Of a DNA stretch of 64,000 nt, positions 52,701 to 62,785 are shown in pieces. The position numbers and the translations under genes are program-made. The DNA comes from Mytilus edulis (Eukaryota), in assembly GCF_963676685.1 (NCBI RefSeq), contig NC_092348.1, positions 64,976,001 to 65,040,000 on the forward strand, read 5' to 3'. Position 1 is the first letter of the stretch, and each line of letters begins with the position of its first letter. The notes below the pieces were generated by a model that saw only the letters and a program-made list of their open reading frames with translations, did not search any database and was not told the DNA's origin.

Positions 52701-52984
52701 TTCAATGTCTCTTTGAAATTTCCAGCAATAACTGTTTTGCTACTTTTCAAGCACTGAAGAATCGTTTCCAATTTTGGTTTCAAATGGTCACAGAACATCA
52801 AAACCACGTGATCGGAACGTTTTGAAATTAGCAAAAGGTCTTTGAAACTAACCTTGTCGATAATATGTTCTGATGGTACCAGATTAAAATTTTCAAAGAT
52901 TGAGAAAACATTTGAAATAGGAATACAAGAATCTCTCTCCTGACATCTCAAAAATAATATACTGCCCTGGTCTAACTGTGACAT
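28751..52984 (-). CDS. 1688-aa protein: 2x TIR/SEFIR-like repeat + helical region + two tandem tyrosine-kinase-fold pseudokinase domains + disordered tail; 16 coding exons, intact
   Basis: Exons (-): 52984-52393, 51145-50510, 48455-47770, 46757-46598, 45696-44902, 43537-43365, 42763-42598, 41699-41617, 39790-39739, 38633-38509, 37494-37327, 36984-36775, 36325-36228, 34808-34643, 33416-33265, 29555-28751. All GT-AG, phases join, 5067 nt, no internal stop. Kinase motifs: domain 1 IIHRNLTCSAF, HDFSLA, IPVLWSSPES, TDAWMLG, HPY; domain 2 LGDLCAEHLYV, PRIG, RRWNPIEV, SDVYRFA, CPDWLY..CW....QRPS. Confidence 0.88.
29639..29864. mobile_element. Small MITE-like element
   Basis: Imperfect inverted ends gagggagtttcattggggg / ccccaatgagatccactt; internal tcccg repeats. 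Confidence 0.5.
29915..32638. mobile_element. Outer Helentron/HINE-like element split by the 30182-32515 insertion
   Basis: Hairpin aaaaataccagtc...gcgagccgtaaggcgag...gactggtattttt, and inverted pair taattacacc (30060) / ggtgtaatta (32628). Class is inference. Confidence 0.5.
30182..32515. mobile_element. 2.33-kb non-autonomous DNA transposon (Harbinger-like) with 3-bp TSD, nested in another element
   Basis: TIRs tgcccgcgtcttactgtcccgattttta / taaaaatcgggacagtgtgacgcgggca; TTT on both sides; catcgt-rich subterminal regions; 21-bp tandem x3 at about 32227-32289. Confidence 0.8.
32810..33107. mobile_element. ~300-bp MITE
   Basis: TIRs ggctaagttcggatgga / tccatccgaacttggcc; internal ctagagttc-like repeats. 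Confidence 0.65.
35154..35733. mobile_element. 580-bp MITE in an intron
   Basis: TIRs aggagtaggtccggtaagggccaatttcggcctcaa / ttgaggccaaaaaggggtcttactgaacctactcct. Confidence 0.75.
38976..39357 (+). mobile_element. Same retroelement remnant, opposite orientation, intronic
   Basis: ggacgccatcacgagttggttgaccgttatgg...ggtatctttcgtccctctttt is the reverse complement of about 7245-7623. Confidence 0.75.
39847..40463. mobile_element. ~615-bp MITE in an intron
   Basis: TIRs atgtaacggtacccaaattgcacc / ggtgcaaattgggtaccgtcacgt with TA flanks; the 18-bp TIR motif is duplicated at the left end and recurs internally near 40250. Confidence 0.75.
40772..41046 (-). mobile_element. More diverged partial copy of the same retroelement remnant
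   Basis: aaagatactagagggac...agggtaagcagatcctgctccacatgtggcacccgtcgtgttgc matches 7257-7525. Confidence 0.7.
45735..46310 (+). mobile_element. Interspersed element with about 2 diverged ~128-bp internal tandem units; related copy reversed at about 33570-33835
   Basis: atacat.c.gtcattgtgttattg.gct.tggtaa occurs twice; the 3' part ccaccattttctacataagaaaatgcct...cggtatttttgt matches 33580-33760 in reverse. Confidence 0.6.
47637..47702 (+). repeat. (AATC)n microsatellite, probably a retroposon tail
   Basis: aatctatcaatcaatcaatcaatc...caatcaatca. Confidence 0.7.
49020..49365 (+). mobile_element. Interspersed repeat family (partial copies at about 4180-4262, 12000-12065, 13620-13757, 41375-41515)
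   Basis: Shared gagtcttatgtagacgaaacgcgcgtctggcgtactaaattataatcctggtacctttgat. Confidence 0.75.
50122..50146 (+). repeat. (CA)n microsatellite
   Basis: About 12 CA units read directly. Confidence 0.9.
50510..52984 (-). other. Two exons, each encoding one copy of a ~115-aa alpha/beta repeat with a TIR/SEFIR-like pattern
   Basis: Copy 1 vs copy 2: LRCQERDSCIPISN/MRCFLLDRCTWASN, SDHVVLMFCDHL/SDFIILVICKHL, KTVIAGNF/KVIISGDL, FKHFPVVEVDSLASYV/FKMFKITDAEPIASYV. The duplication is seen directly; the TIR-fold assignment is inference from the betaC-like S-D-x-hydrophobic stretch. Confidence 0.6.
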
Positions 52985-53640
52985 TGTCAGTTTGAATAAA
53001 AGACTGAATGTAAAAGTAGAACATAATTTTATAGTTTGTAAACAAAATCATAATGTAAATATATGGTACTTTTAAAATGAAATATATATACAAATAATTA
53101 TTTACAGCTATTTTACCAGTTGAGTCATTTGCATGTTATGTAAAACAACTGTATTTAATACCTCATAAATATTTCAAGTATGTTTTATCTGTTTTGGCAA
53201 AATCATATAATTATAACATTCAATTTGGTACACATATAGTCAGGCTTATAGAAATCTTAATGTGTTCAACATTTAAAGTTCAGTTTTGTTGTTTTTTTTA
53301 AATAGAAGAGATATATTGATTTCAATGTGGATAATAAATAATAATTACAAATACATGTAATAGGTAATTACAAGTGTTCAGATGTCCTTTAAACAGTCAT
53401 ATGAAACGACTTTCTTGTAATTATAATGTTAAGGAAATTATTAAAATCAATGCATTCAAATATATATAAAACTGAGTCATCAGCTCTGGTTTTTTTTATT
53501 ACATTTATAACAAATCTATAACGTATAACTGAAAAAAAGAAAAAAAAAAAGAAAGCAGTAATTGTTGATTGATAATTTGGCTGCAATTAGTTTTCGAGTA
53601 TTGGTGCCGAGGTATACCAATCGTGACGTTTTAAACAATT

Positions 53641-54910
53641 ATACGGCAAGCCGTTCTCGTCAAAACTATGTTTAAACCATTTTTTTCGAGAGAAAAAAAT
53701 ACACAATGAGATTTAAAACCCTAAAATAACACACTGAGAAATCGAAATTACACACTGAGATTTTAAAATTACACACCGAGATTAAATAAATGAAAAACAC
53801 GCACTGAGAAATTAAAATTACACACTGAGATTTTAAAAAGACACACTGAGATTAAATAAATTGAAAAACGCACACTGAGAATTGTTAATTACACACTGAC
53901 ATTTTAAAAATACACATTGAGATTAGTATGCAAATTACTAATGAATACTCATGAGATGAATAATTCACCAGAATAATATCTTGGTCTCTATCATGTCTAT
54001 AGAACTCTTGTCATTATAATGAAATGCGGTTCCTTCAACCAACGTTCATAATAAATTTCAAGACTTAACATCGTTTTTTGCTAACTCATATTCACAAGTT
54101 TGTTGTCAATATGATTCAGATTAATATTATTGCTAACGGCTTATCGGGATTGTTTGCTTAAAACTGTTTAAGCATATGTCCTTTTTCAAAAGTCTTTCAA
54201 CTGTTACCCTGATTTCGCAAGGTAATCTTTTATATTTTTGTTATTACGTTTATATGCTATAATAGACAATTGGGTGAACATGTCATTGCATTGTTGTTTT
54301 TTTGGAGATTGTTCCAATGAATTCTTATAATGTTGATAAAGTGTTCACCATTTGGTTATATCAAAGACATATATAATACATGTCTCTGGTTATATTTTGT
54401 AATGAGTGTAAGTGGGTATTTTTCTTGTTCTATTAGTCTTTAATGTTGTATTGCTAATGTATTTTATAAAACATTTGGCACCAGATTGAAGGACTAACGA
54501 GTTATGTCCCCTAGTTGTTTTAAGCTTGTAATAGATTAAGATTACGTATGCTAATTAGATATGTGCGCATAAAAAGTGGGCACGAATCTCAGTGTGTAAT
54601 TTTCAATTCTCAGTGTGTAAATTCAAATTCTCAGTGTATGTTTTTCAGTTTATTTCATCCCAGTGTGTCTTTTTGAAATCTCAGTGTGTAATTTTCAATT
54701 CTCAGTGTGTAATTTTCAATTCTCAGTGTGTGTTTTTCATTTTTTTCGTAATCTCAGTGCGTCTTTATGAAATCTAAGTGTGTAATTTCTTATTCTCAGT
54801 GTGTGTTTTGAGGTTTTTTAATCTCAGTGTGGGTTTTTTTTAAATTCTCAGTATGTAAAATTTTCGGAAAATGTTTTAAACATAGTTTTGACGAGAACTG
54901 CTTCCCATAC
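53641..54910. mobile_element. 1.27-kb foldback-type DNA transposon derivative with long modular inverted arms and AATT TSD (Sola1-like)
   Basis: Termini atacggcaagccgttctcgtcaaaactatgtttaaa / tttaaacatagttttgacgagaactgcttcccatac; AATT at 53637-53640 and 54911-54914; arrays of acacactgaga units at about 53700-53925 mirrored by tctcagtgtgt units at about 54587-54855. Confidence 0.8.
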
Positions 54911-55555
54911 AATTATAACACGTGTGTATCGACAGGGACAGCACAGCCGGCTTTGCAGTTCTAAACTTTTACCTTATACGATTACAAGTATGACTGATCG
55001 AGAGAACTCGGGGATAAAGAATTTCAACGGTGTCAATTTTCATCAACTCGATTAGATTGAGACCTACTACTAGAGGTTGTTTATCGACCTTGACTTGCAC
55101 GGTCGGACAGGATATACCTAAAATTCTGACAACGCCAAATTTCTACCCTGATTACACGATTGCTCCTTTTCCAGGAGCAACTCAAGTTTACTATGCGCGA
55201 ACATTGGCGACCCACTGCACAATACCTTTTTATGCAATGCTGTTTTCATTTTTGTCGGCAAAAAGCTGTACAGAGCTTATGTTTGTATTATTCATGTAAC
55301 TCAGTCGACTTAAAATCAATTTTCTATTCTATAGTCATCAACATGCAAACCAATTCATTCATAATTATCCAGCATCAAGTGCCTTAGCTAACTGCAAAAC
55401 CAGAAATAACATCAAAGCATTGAGTGTCAACACCAGAGAATGACAAATGACGATACTAATAGCATTCGAAGTCCAGGAAAAACAAAAGAGGTATTTACAT
55501 TAACTACAAATGTCAAAGCCAAAAACTTAAAAGTCAGTGCCAATATCACAGCACC

Positions 55556-55712
55556 AAGTGTCAAAATCAGGGAATTACAAAATTGGTATTGGTATCACTG
55601 CATGAAGTGTCAAACTCAGGGAATTACAAAATTGGTATTGGTATCACTGCATGAAGTGTCAAACTCAGGGAATTACAAAATTGGTATTGGTATCACTGCA
55701 TGAAGTGTCAAA
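55556..55712 (+). repeat. 49-bp minisatellite, about 3.2 copies
   Basis: aagtgtcaaactcagggaattacaaaattggtattggtatcactgcatg starting at 55556, 55605, 55654 and partially at 55703. Confidence 0.9.
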
Positions 55713-56301
55713 ACAAAGGAATAAAAACGACATACATATAAAAAAAGAAGATGTGGTATGATTGCCAATGAAACAACTATCCACAAAAGACCAAAATGAA
55801 ACAGACATTAACAACTATAGGTCACCGTACGGCCTTCAACAATGAACAAAGCCCATATGACTGTTCTTTACAATCCTATCAGTAGTTAGAGCTCTTGAAC
55901 CATTGATTTTAATGATACCATTCAGTATAGATTTTCAGTAGAGAAATTAAAAAAAACGGTTGACCGTAGACTATTTACGACTGTCCTGTTTAAGCCGCTC
56001 TGGTTTTCTATCTTGTATTCTTTTAAAGACTTTTTATGTACGGTTTCTATCGTTCATGATTAAGAATTAGAAACCGTTCATGGTTAAGATATAATAATTC
56101 ATAACTTGTTTATGTGCGGTTTCTATCGTTCATGATTAAAATATATAATAATTCATAACTTGTCGGTCGCACCGAAATCCATATGCATAATGTAATTATT
56201 TTTGGCAAAACCTTACAAAAAATACATGAAAAGAATTTGCAAGAGACGAAAGCAAATGTTTCTTTTTCTAAATATTTGACATAATATCATAAGACTATCA
56301 C

Positions 56302-56400
56302 TTACCTGCAGGTACAGTGTAAAGAACTAAACAAATTGAGGCCCCCATGGTAGTACTAATTACACAAATATCAATGAGGTGTTGAAATATTCCGATGCAA
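56302..56400 (-). promoter_or_regulatory. Possible non-coding first exon of the pseudokinase gene
   Basis: Strong minus-strand donor CAG|GTAAGT near 56307. The first coding exon has an acceptor at 53004-53005, 19 nt before its ATG, so an upstream UTR exon is needed. Pairing the two is inference. Confidence 0.4.
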
Positions 56401-58067
56401 ACATGCGATATGTTTATTTATTAATTACCGATAAATTGATATTTTTATCAAATGTAAAGTCAACTTTGTGACGGTTAGAGTTTATAAATAACACAGTCAT
56501 TGTTATACTTAGCGTTAAATACTTTATTTTGATTGAAATTAAGATACTTTAATAATTAATAATCACACAAAAGGATTGTTTGACTGCTTAAAACAAAGGT
56601 TAGATTAAAGTTTTCATACTCAAATATCATGTACACCAGTGGGTAAACAACACTGCTGGTAGACTATAATAGAATTAAATGCGGACTTAGAAATCTCGAC
56701 CCTCCCTCTGTACCTCTAGCTAATGTGGAATAGGCAAATAAAGGCAACAGTAGTATACCGTTGTTCGAAACTCGTAAATCGATAGAAAAAAGAAAAAAAA
56801 AACCGGGTTACAAACTAAAACTGAGGAAATCGCATGAAATATAAAAGGAGAACACCGACACAAGATTAAAACGTTACACACACAGAGAAACGAACTAAGC
56901 ATTAGACACTATCGGATGAGAATAACAAATATAACATCAAAACTAAATACATGAATTTGGGATAGAAAAGTACTGTGACACGTCTTATAGCAATGCGAAT
57001 TCACACTCAAATATAAGAGGAAACAAATTACACACCATAAACACAACGTTAAAATATAACACACACAGAAACGAACTATTATATAACAATGGCCATATTC
57101 CTGTCTTTGTACAGGACATTTTAGACACACGGCAATACGCACAGCAAAGCTCAGTTTTAAAGATGTCCGAATCCGTGTTAGAATAGGAAACAGGAGAAAT
57201 TATTAGTAAGCAAAATGATAATGATGAACATAGGTAAAAAAACAAATTAAAAAAAAGACTACTTGCAGTTACTGACATTCAAGCGCTTAGCCTCGGACTG
57301 CAACTAATTTGATCGAATGATTGTCTTCATCATATGAAAATCAAGCATACTCCCTCTCGTTAAGGGTTAAGTGTCGTACCATCATGAAATATACGAGAAG
57401 ACCATACTCGCATTATGACAACAACTGCATTGTTTTAGACAATTTAAAGCATCGTCCATTTTTCTCCTGGAAAAGTTCAGGGTGAATAGTGTATTTGGTA
57501 TAAAACAAAAATCCTAGTTTTGCTGTATTAGTTTGGCGTTTAGAAATAATACAATGCTGATCAGAGACTTTATAGATCCAAGATACCCTGTAGCTAAACA
57601 GGTCACCTATATGCATGTTCGTCGTATCTGCAGATACAGATACACGGTCACCTGTTAGACGACATATGTTCCTACAAATTGATGACCGACACTTTTTTTT
57701 AATTTTAAGCAAGCCTTTATCTATTCTTACTCGTCTTTGTAGTGTTATGTATGTGCAATAATAGTTTTTTGTTTTGTTTATTAATATTGACACCTGGGGG
57801 TCACTACACTGTTTTTAACTATAATCCATCTTCATTATGTTTATCACTATAGAGCCCTAATGAAACCTATTCAAACGGCATATTTTGTAAGGTAATTCTT
57901 TTCTTAAACAATACAATTACATGTAAGCAAGATTAAGCTAATAGTATAAGTAAGACATGATTGATGATTGCATAAAAGCCGAGAACATCATTAAAATCAA
58001 ATAAAAAGATTATATCCTATAATGTATAAAGCAGAGCTTAAACAATGCTACTTGTTAATTCACGATC

Positions 58068-59072
58068 CTATCCTGTAACAACTTGTGAAACCTCCTGTCC
58101 TAAAATATCCTGAAGTTTTATTTCAATTGTACTTCCCTGAAAACGTGGATTCTCAACTTTCCTACAACTCGGATCTACAGCTGATTCGATCTCCGACCCA
58201 TTTATGGAGATGCAATAAGAAAATTGAGGTGTGCTCGATTCGTTTACATTCCATTCGATTGCTGATTCTGTAACTTTCACTACTTCAAAACTTGTTGGAG
58301 GTATTTTTGGCCGGCATAAGTTGGTATCCATAGTAATTTGACCTCTTGTGTCATCACATGTTGGTGCTGTTTTTCCTCCCGTTTGCATCATTAGCTCTTC
58401 GCAGTCTTCTGATTCAATTCTGAAATTGTTATTCCACTTTTTACACGCGTCTTCTTGGTTTACCAAATATTGACAATTTTTCAAACATTCCCAGCTTCCA
58501 TCTTTGCTTCTTTTAAAGGTACCCTTGTACTTTGCTCCACGTGGATTTTCACCATTTCCATGCCAATCTTCAACAAAACAAGCTACAGGACTTAAAAAAT
58601 ATATGTCGGGTACTGGAAAAGCCATAGTTATCATTCGTATCCATTTTGATTTTGGTGTATCATATACCCAGAGACCAAAGTGCGTGTTTCCATTCTGGTC
58701 CCATCTTCGAACAACCAAAGTGTACCATTGATCTGGTTCCCATCTGTGTTCAAAGTTCATGTACTTTAACCCTTCTCCTTCCCCGCCAAATCGTTCTGTA
58801 AACGAATTTCCGTCCGACTTGAAAACTGATTCTATCGACCTTTGTGTTCCCACGGGAGGATCCCATAAAGAACAGATGAAGCAGTTACCATCCTCGTGAC
58901 ACTGTATTCCACAGTATCCCCCTCCAACTCCACCCATATTCCAATTAAGACAACAATAATAAGTATATTTAGCGCAAAGATCTTTAGGTACATATACATT
59001 TTGTACTAAGATATCCCCTTCGCCAGAATGGTTAAAATACGTAATCACCGATGGCGCTCTGTTTCCTGCCAT
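58068..59072 (-). CDS. Bacterial-type DUF3472-domain protein, 334 aa, intronless CDS
   Basis: Motifs APS..., YTYY..LNWN.GG.GGGY.GIQ, SLWDP, RFGGEGEGLK, W..D.WY....RRW, HFGLW, M.FPVP, F.EDW.GNG...R.A match Bacillus/Paenibacillus-type DUF3472 proteins as I recall them. Acceptor ttttctctctttttcag abuts the ATG. Minus-strand AATAAA near 57780. Confidence 0.85.
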   Translation of the reverse strand: MAGNRAPSVITYFNHSGEGDILVQNVYVPKDLCAKYTYYCCLNWNMGGVGGGYCGIQCHEDGNCFICSLWDPPVGTQRSIESVFKSDGNSFTERFGGEGEGLKYMNFEHRWEPDQWYTLVVRRWDQNGNTHFGLWVYDTPKSKWIRMITMAFPVPDIYFLSPVACFVEDWHGNGENPRGAKYKGTFKRSKDGSWECLKNCQYLVNQEDACKKWNNNFRIESEDCEELMMQTGGKTAPTCDDTRGQITMDTNLCRPKIPPTSFEVVKVTESAIEWNVNESSTPQFSYCISINGSEIESAVDPSCRKVENPRFQGSTIEIKLQDILGQEVSQVVTG

Positions 59073-60429
59073 CTGAAAAAGAGAGAAAATTATTGAATAT
59101 AATCAGATATAATACAGTGAAAAAAACCTTTAATTACTACTAGTGATTTAAAATACGGAAGAGTTTCATACTTCTCTTCTGGACTTGCACATGTGGATCA
59201 AATTCTGAAATGCGTTTCACACGCAGTAACATTGGTACGTCTTGTTTTGTTTTGTTTGTTATTCTATATTACTTTATTTGGTTTTTGTTTTGTTCTTCTT
59301 TCAATACATTTTATTTTTATTTTCTCAACTTCTTTGTTCCTGTTTCAGATTAATTTAGGTTCGTTCTCCATTATAAATTGTACGTGTCATTTCAGTTTTA
59401 GCCATATAGAATCAAATTGTAAATGACTGGAATGGTGACCCTTTTTCTAGTGAGGCAAAGGAAAATAATGCCTCAGCAAGGACCAAGATCACAATACCTC
59501 TGTGGAAGGAATGGTTCACGGGCAAAATCAGCATATCAAATATGTTTACATAATCTACATAATCAATAAGGTTATTTCTATATTCTCGTAACGTTCAGTG
59601 GCAAATAATTAATTCATACTCCGGATAACAACAAATCAATTATCATGAAATCTAATAGGTATACAAATGTATGTTTTACCCCAAAAAAATGACTGCAGAT
59701 AGAGATGAGGGACGAAAATTTGTACTGCAACTGAAATGAGATGAAGTGTTGGATATGGGTCGAAATGTTGCAACATTTATCAAGGCATCCAGCAAACAAG
59801 TAAGCCCGCATCATGTCAAGCAGGCGGCGACCAAAGGCAAGAATTCACTGACGGACAGCGGAATTCAAAGTTACCAATATATGTCTATACTGGCAGATGA
59901 ATTGTTTAATTAAAGAATTATTTTTTTTGCGGTTGTCTATGTCTATGTCTAAATATTTCAAATCATGATGGCGTTTAATAAATAAAGCAATAACTTTATC
60001 ATCAAGGACCTTCATAGGAAGCAATAATTCAATATCATAAAAATCATTATAAGAAAAACAAGATGTGGCATATTGTATCAACTAGGAGCTATATCAACTC
60101 CACATTGCTAAGCCTATAACGAAAGAAAATGTTAATGTGAAAAGCAACCCTAATTATTTGTGTGGTCCTTTGTTTACTTCAGGCTCAAAGGAATTAATAG
60201 AAGATGCGTTATTAGCATCGTGGTCCGTGTAACACATCAATTCAAAATTTTAAAAAGTTTTCAATTTTTAGTTTGGTCGATTTTTATCAAACCTTAATGA
60301 CTTAATGATATCAAAATTCCTATTTCTTTTTCTTTTTAATTTTTCATTTCGCTTTTTAAAAGTTTGATTTTTTGTTGTTGATTTTTAAAATGTAGGAAAG
60401 GGGAAAGGACTAAAAAGTGAATACCTGTT

Positions 60430-60572
60430 CACAGGCACTTGTCTCAGATTTGTTTTCTCCTTTATACCTTAATATAACACACAGGCACTTGTCTCAGAAT
60501 TTTTTTCCCCTTCATACCTTAATGTTATATTAAGGTATAAAGGGGGGGGGGATTCTGAGACAAGTGCCTGTG
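60430..60572. mobile_element. 143-bp hAT-type MITE with 8-bp TSD
   Basis: TIR cacaggcacttgtctcaga / tctgagacaagtgcctgtg; TACCTGTT at 60422-60429 and 60573-60580; left arm tandemly duplicated. Confidence 0.8.
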
Positions 60573-60909
60573 TACCTGTTACAAGTGCGAAATGTAATTA
60601 AGACGGGAACGAAACGAAATGAAATTTACTAAAATACTGAAATCAAAACGAAAACAATATTTTTTGAAAACTAGATACAATATAATACAGGAGACAAACT
60701 TGTTTTATCTGCTGGGTGAAACTGAGAAATATGCAGTTTCTTAAGTTAAGTCGAACTGAAATTAATAAGGAAGACCAGATTTTGAAACACTTCAATGACT
60801 CGATCTCTGACTTATATTTCAAATATTTTTAAAACTTTGAATCGATAAATGATACACGGACACAGAGGCATGTTTACTAACACACTGTAGTATGACGGTA
60901 TGTCTCTTA

Positions 60910-61983
60910 CAGTGGCGTAGCTAGACTATTTTTAAGTGTACGCCCTAACCCTCGGCGAGTTGGTTGAAGGCCTCAATCGGATCCAGATTATAACACCTAC
61001 TAGAAGTGGGTTCGAGATGGGGAGCTCATTTCAGTCATTAAAAAAATAGTCAATAGCAAGTTGAACATTGGTCCTGGAACACAGTTATCGTCCTTTGAAA
61101 ATAGACCATAGTGTGAACAATGTGTTCCTGGTTACTTGACAACAATCTTTTCATACTACTTTCAAATTTATTTCTTCATGTTTAATGACTAAATAACAAG
61201 AAGGGCGGGGATGAAATTACACTGTAAAACAAATTGTTTCATGCATTTCAAAGCAAAGTAGTTATTTAATTGGTTCAGCTAAAAAAGGTCAAAAAGTAAC
61301 ATTTCGGAAGCTGTCAAAAGATTTCAACCATATTTTTTGTTAGAGCCGACGAAGCTTATTAAAAATAGTACTACTAGTAAACAAAATTATTGAGAACGCG
61401 CACAAGGGCATGTTGGATTTTTTTAATTTTCATTTATTATCTAAAAGAAATGCACTACGACATAACTGTGTTCTCGGAACAAATGTTTAGGTGCATATAA
61501 AAATTCGTAAAGAGTTCCGAATAACTGTGGTTCTGGAGGCTGGGATTACCGCTTCATGCGAAATTTTAGTCCGTTTATCTGTCCATTACAGGATTTTAAA
61601 TAATCAAACACTTTCATCATTTTTTTTTTGTTTTTTTTTTATCAGGATTATTAACCTCTGTCTAAGTTTCACGTCAATATCTGAAGGTTTTTCAAATTGG
61701 TCATGTAGAAAATATTAATCACAGGGCGTGATGCCACCTGTTAATTGCCAAAAGATAAGTCCGTATGCCAATATTTTACTTAAGACATTTATCACATAAT
61801 GTATCTGATTGAAAAGTAAATTTCGTCACCTTTTGTTCGCAGTTACAAGATCTGTAAGAAAGATTTACAAGACTGATGTGCTATATACCAGATTTTTTTG
61901 AATTATTGAGATTAAAATATTTTTTTTAACCCAAATTCATGTGTACGCCCGGGCGTTTTGACGTAAACATAGCTACGCGCATG
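60910..61983. mobile_element. Probable hAT-like non-autonomous element
   Basis: Ends cagtggcgtagcta / tagctacgcgcatg with gtgtacgccc near both ends; no clean TSD found. Confidence 0.5.
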
Positions 61984-62720
61984 TCTTAAAATACAGTGTA
62001 CCTTTAGCCAATGTGAAACAAACAAACACACAGTGCTCAAAACTTTTTATACTGAGATGTATTTTATTAAGACTCTTTCAAGTTCAAAATTCAGAGGATT
62101 TCAACATGGTCTCGTATTTAATCCTGAAGTGAAATAAACACAGCGTACGATGTTCAGACTTTGGCCAGAACCAAGCATCATAAGATGTTTAACCCTGAAT
62201 ATGCTCTATCTTAGTCTGCAAGCATATGATAATACTTTTTTTCTTTTGGCCCTGTGTAAATTAAACATGTTAAACAGGCTATGGTTTGAACTTTCAAAAT
62301 GATATCGACTGACCAATCATTAGCAATATATAAAGGGTATAAAGATTTATTACGAAATCATATCCGCACGGAAATTAACTTATTATTTCCGGCAACTGTT
62401 CCGGAGATTATAATTATGTAATGAAACCTCAATGAAAAGTTTGCGAACAGAACGAACAGTTTAAAAAAAGAAAATAATCCATGGACATGCATAGATTTTA
62501 AAAGAGTATATGAAATGAAACTTCTAAATCAGAAAATGACGTAATTGCGGTGGTAAGAGCATAATCATAATAGTCAAAATAAGTTTTCAACGTGCCAAAA
62601 TCTGACCGAGCTGGCGTGCAGACGACCAGGAAAGAGTTCCATCCACAGAATATAATATAAACTGATGTGTTAGGGTGTTGATCCATATGGAACTCTCATC
62701 AAATTATATAATTGTACTTA

Positions 62721-62785
62721 CGTTTTGATATCTCTCTTAACTTTCGATTGTGTGACTAGACAGGTGTTTTCCCTTAATATCAAGT
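62721..62785 (-). promoter_or_regulatory. Possible non-coding first exon and core promoter of the DUF3472 gene
   Basis: Minus-strand donor AAC|GTAAGTA near 62720, about 60 nt after a TATA-like ATATTAAG. It would pair with the acceptor at 59073. Inference only. Confidence 0.35.

Noticed and set aside
28751-52984. Calling the tandem-kinase gene a JAK or receptor tyrosine kinase
   Set aside because: No FERM/SH2, signal peptide or transmembrane helix seen, and both kinase folds lack catalytic motifs.
53700-54855. Regularly spaced short repeats resembling a CRISPR array
   Set aside because: Intervening sequence is itself repetitive, arrays are mirror images inside TIRs with a TSD, no cas genes, eukaryotic context.
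55440-55712. 87-aa ORF over the 49-bp repeats
   Set aside because: Unit length is not a multiple of 3 and there are no spacers; ordinary minisatellite.
58068-59072. Bacterial contamination as the source of the DUF3472 ORF
   Set aside because: No neighbouring bacterial genes or Shine-Dalgarno site; spliceosomal acceptor at the ATG and host repeats on both sides. Read-level confirmation is still needed.
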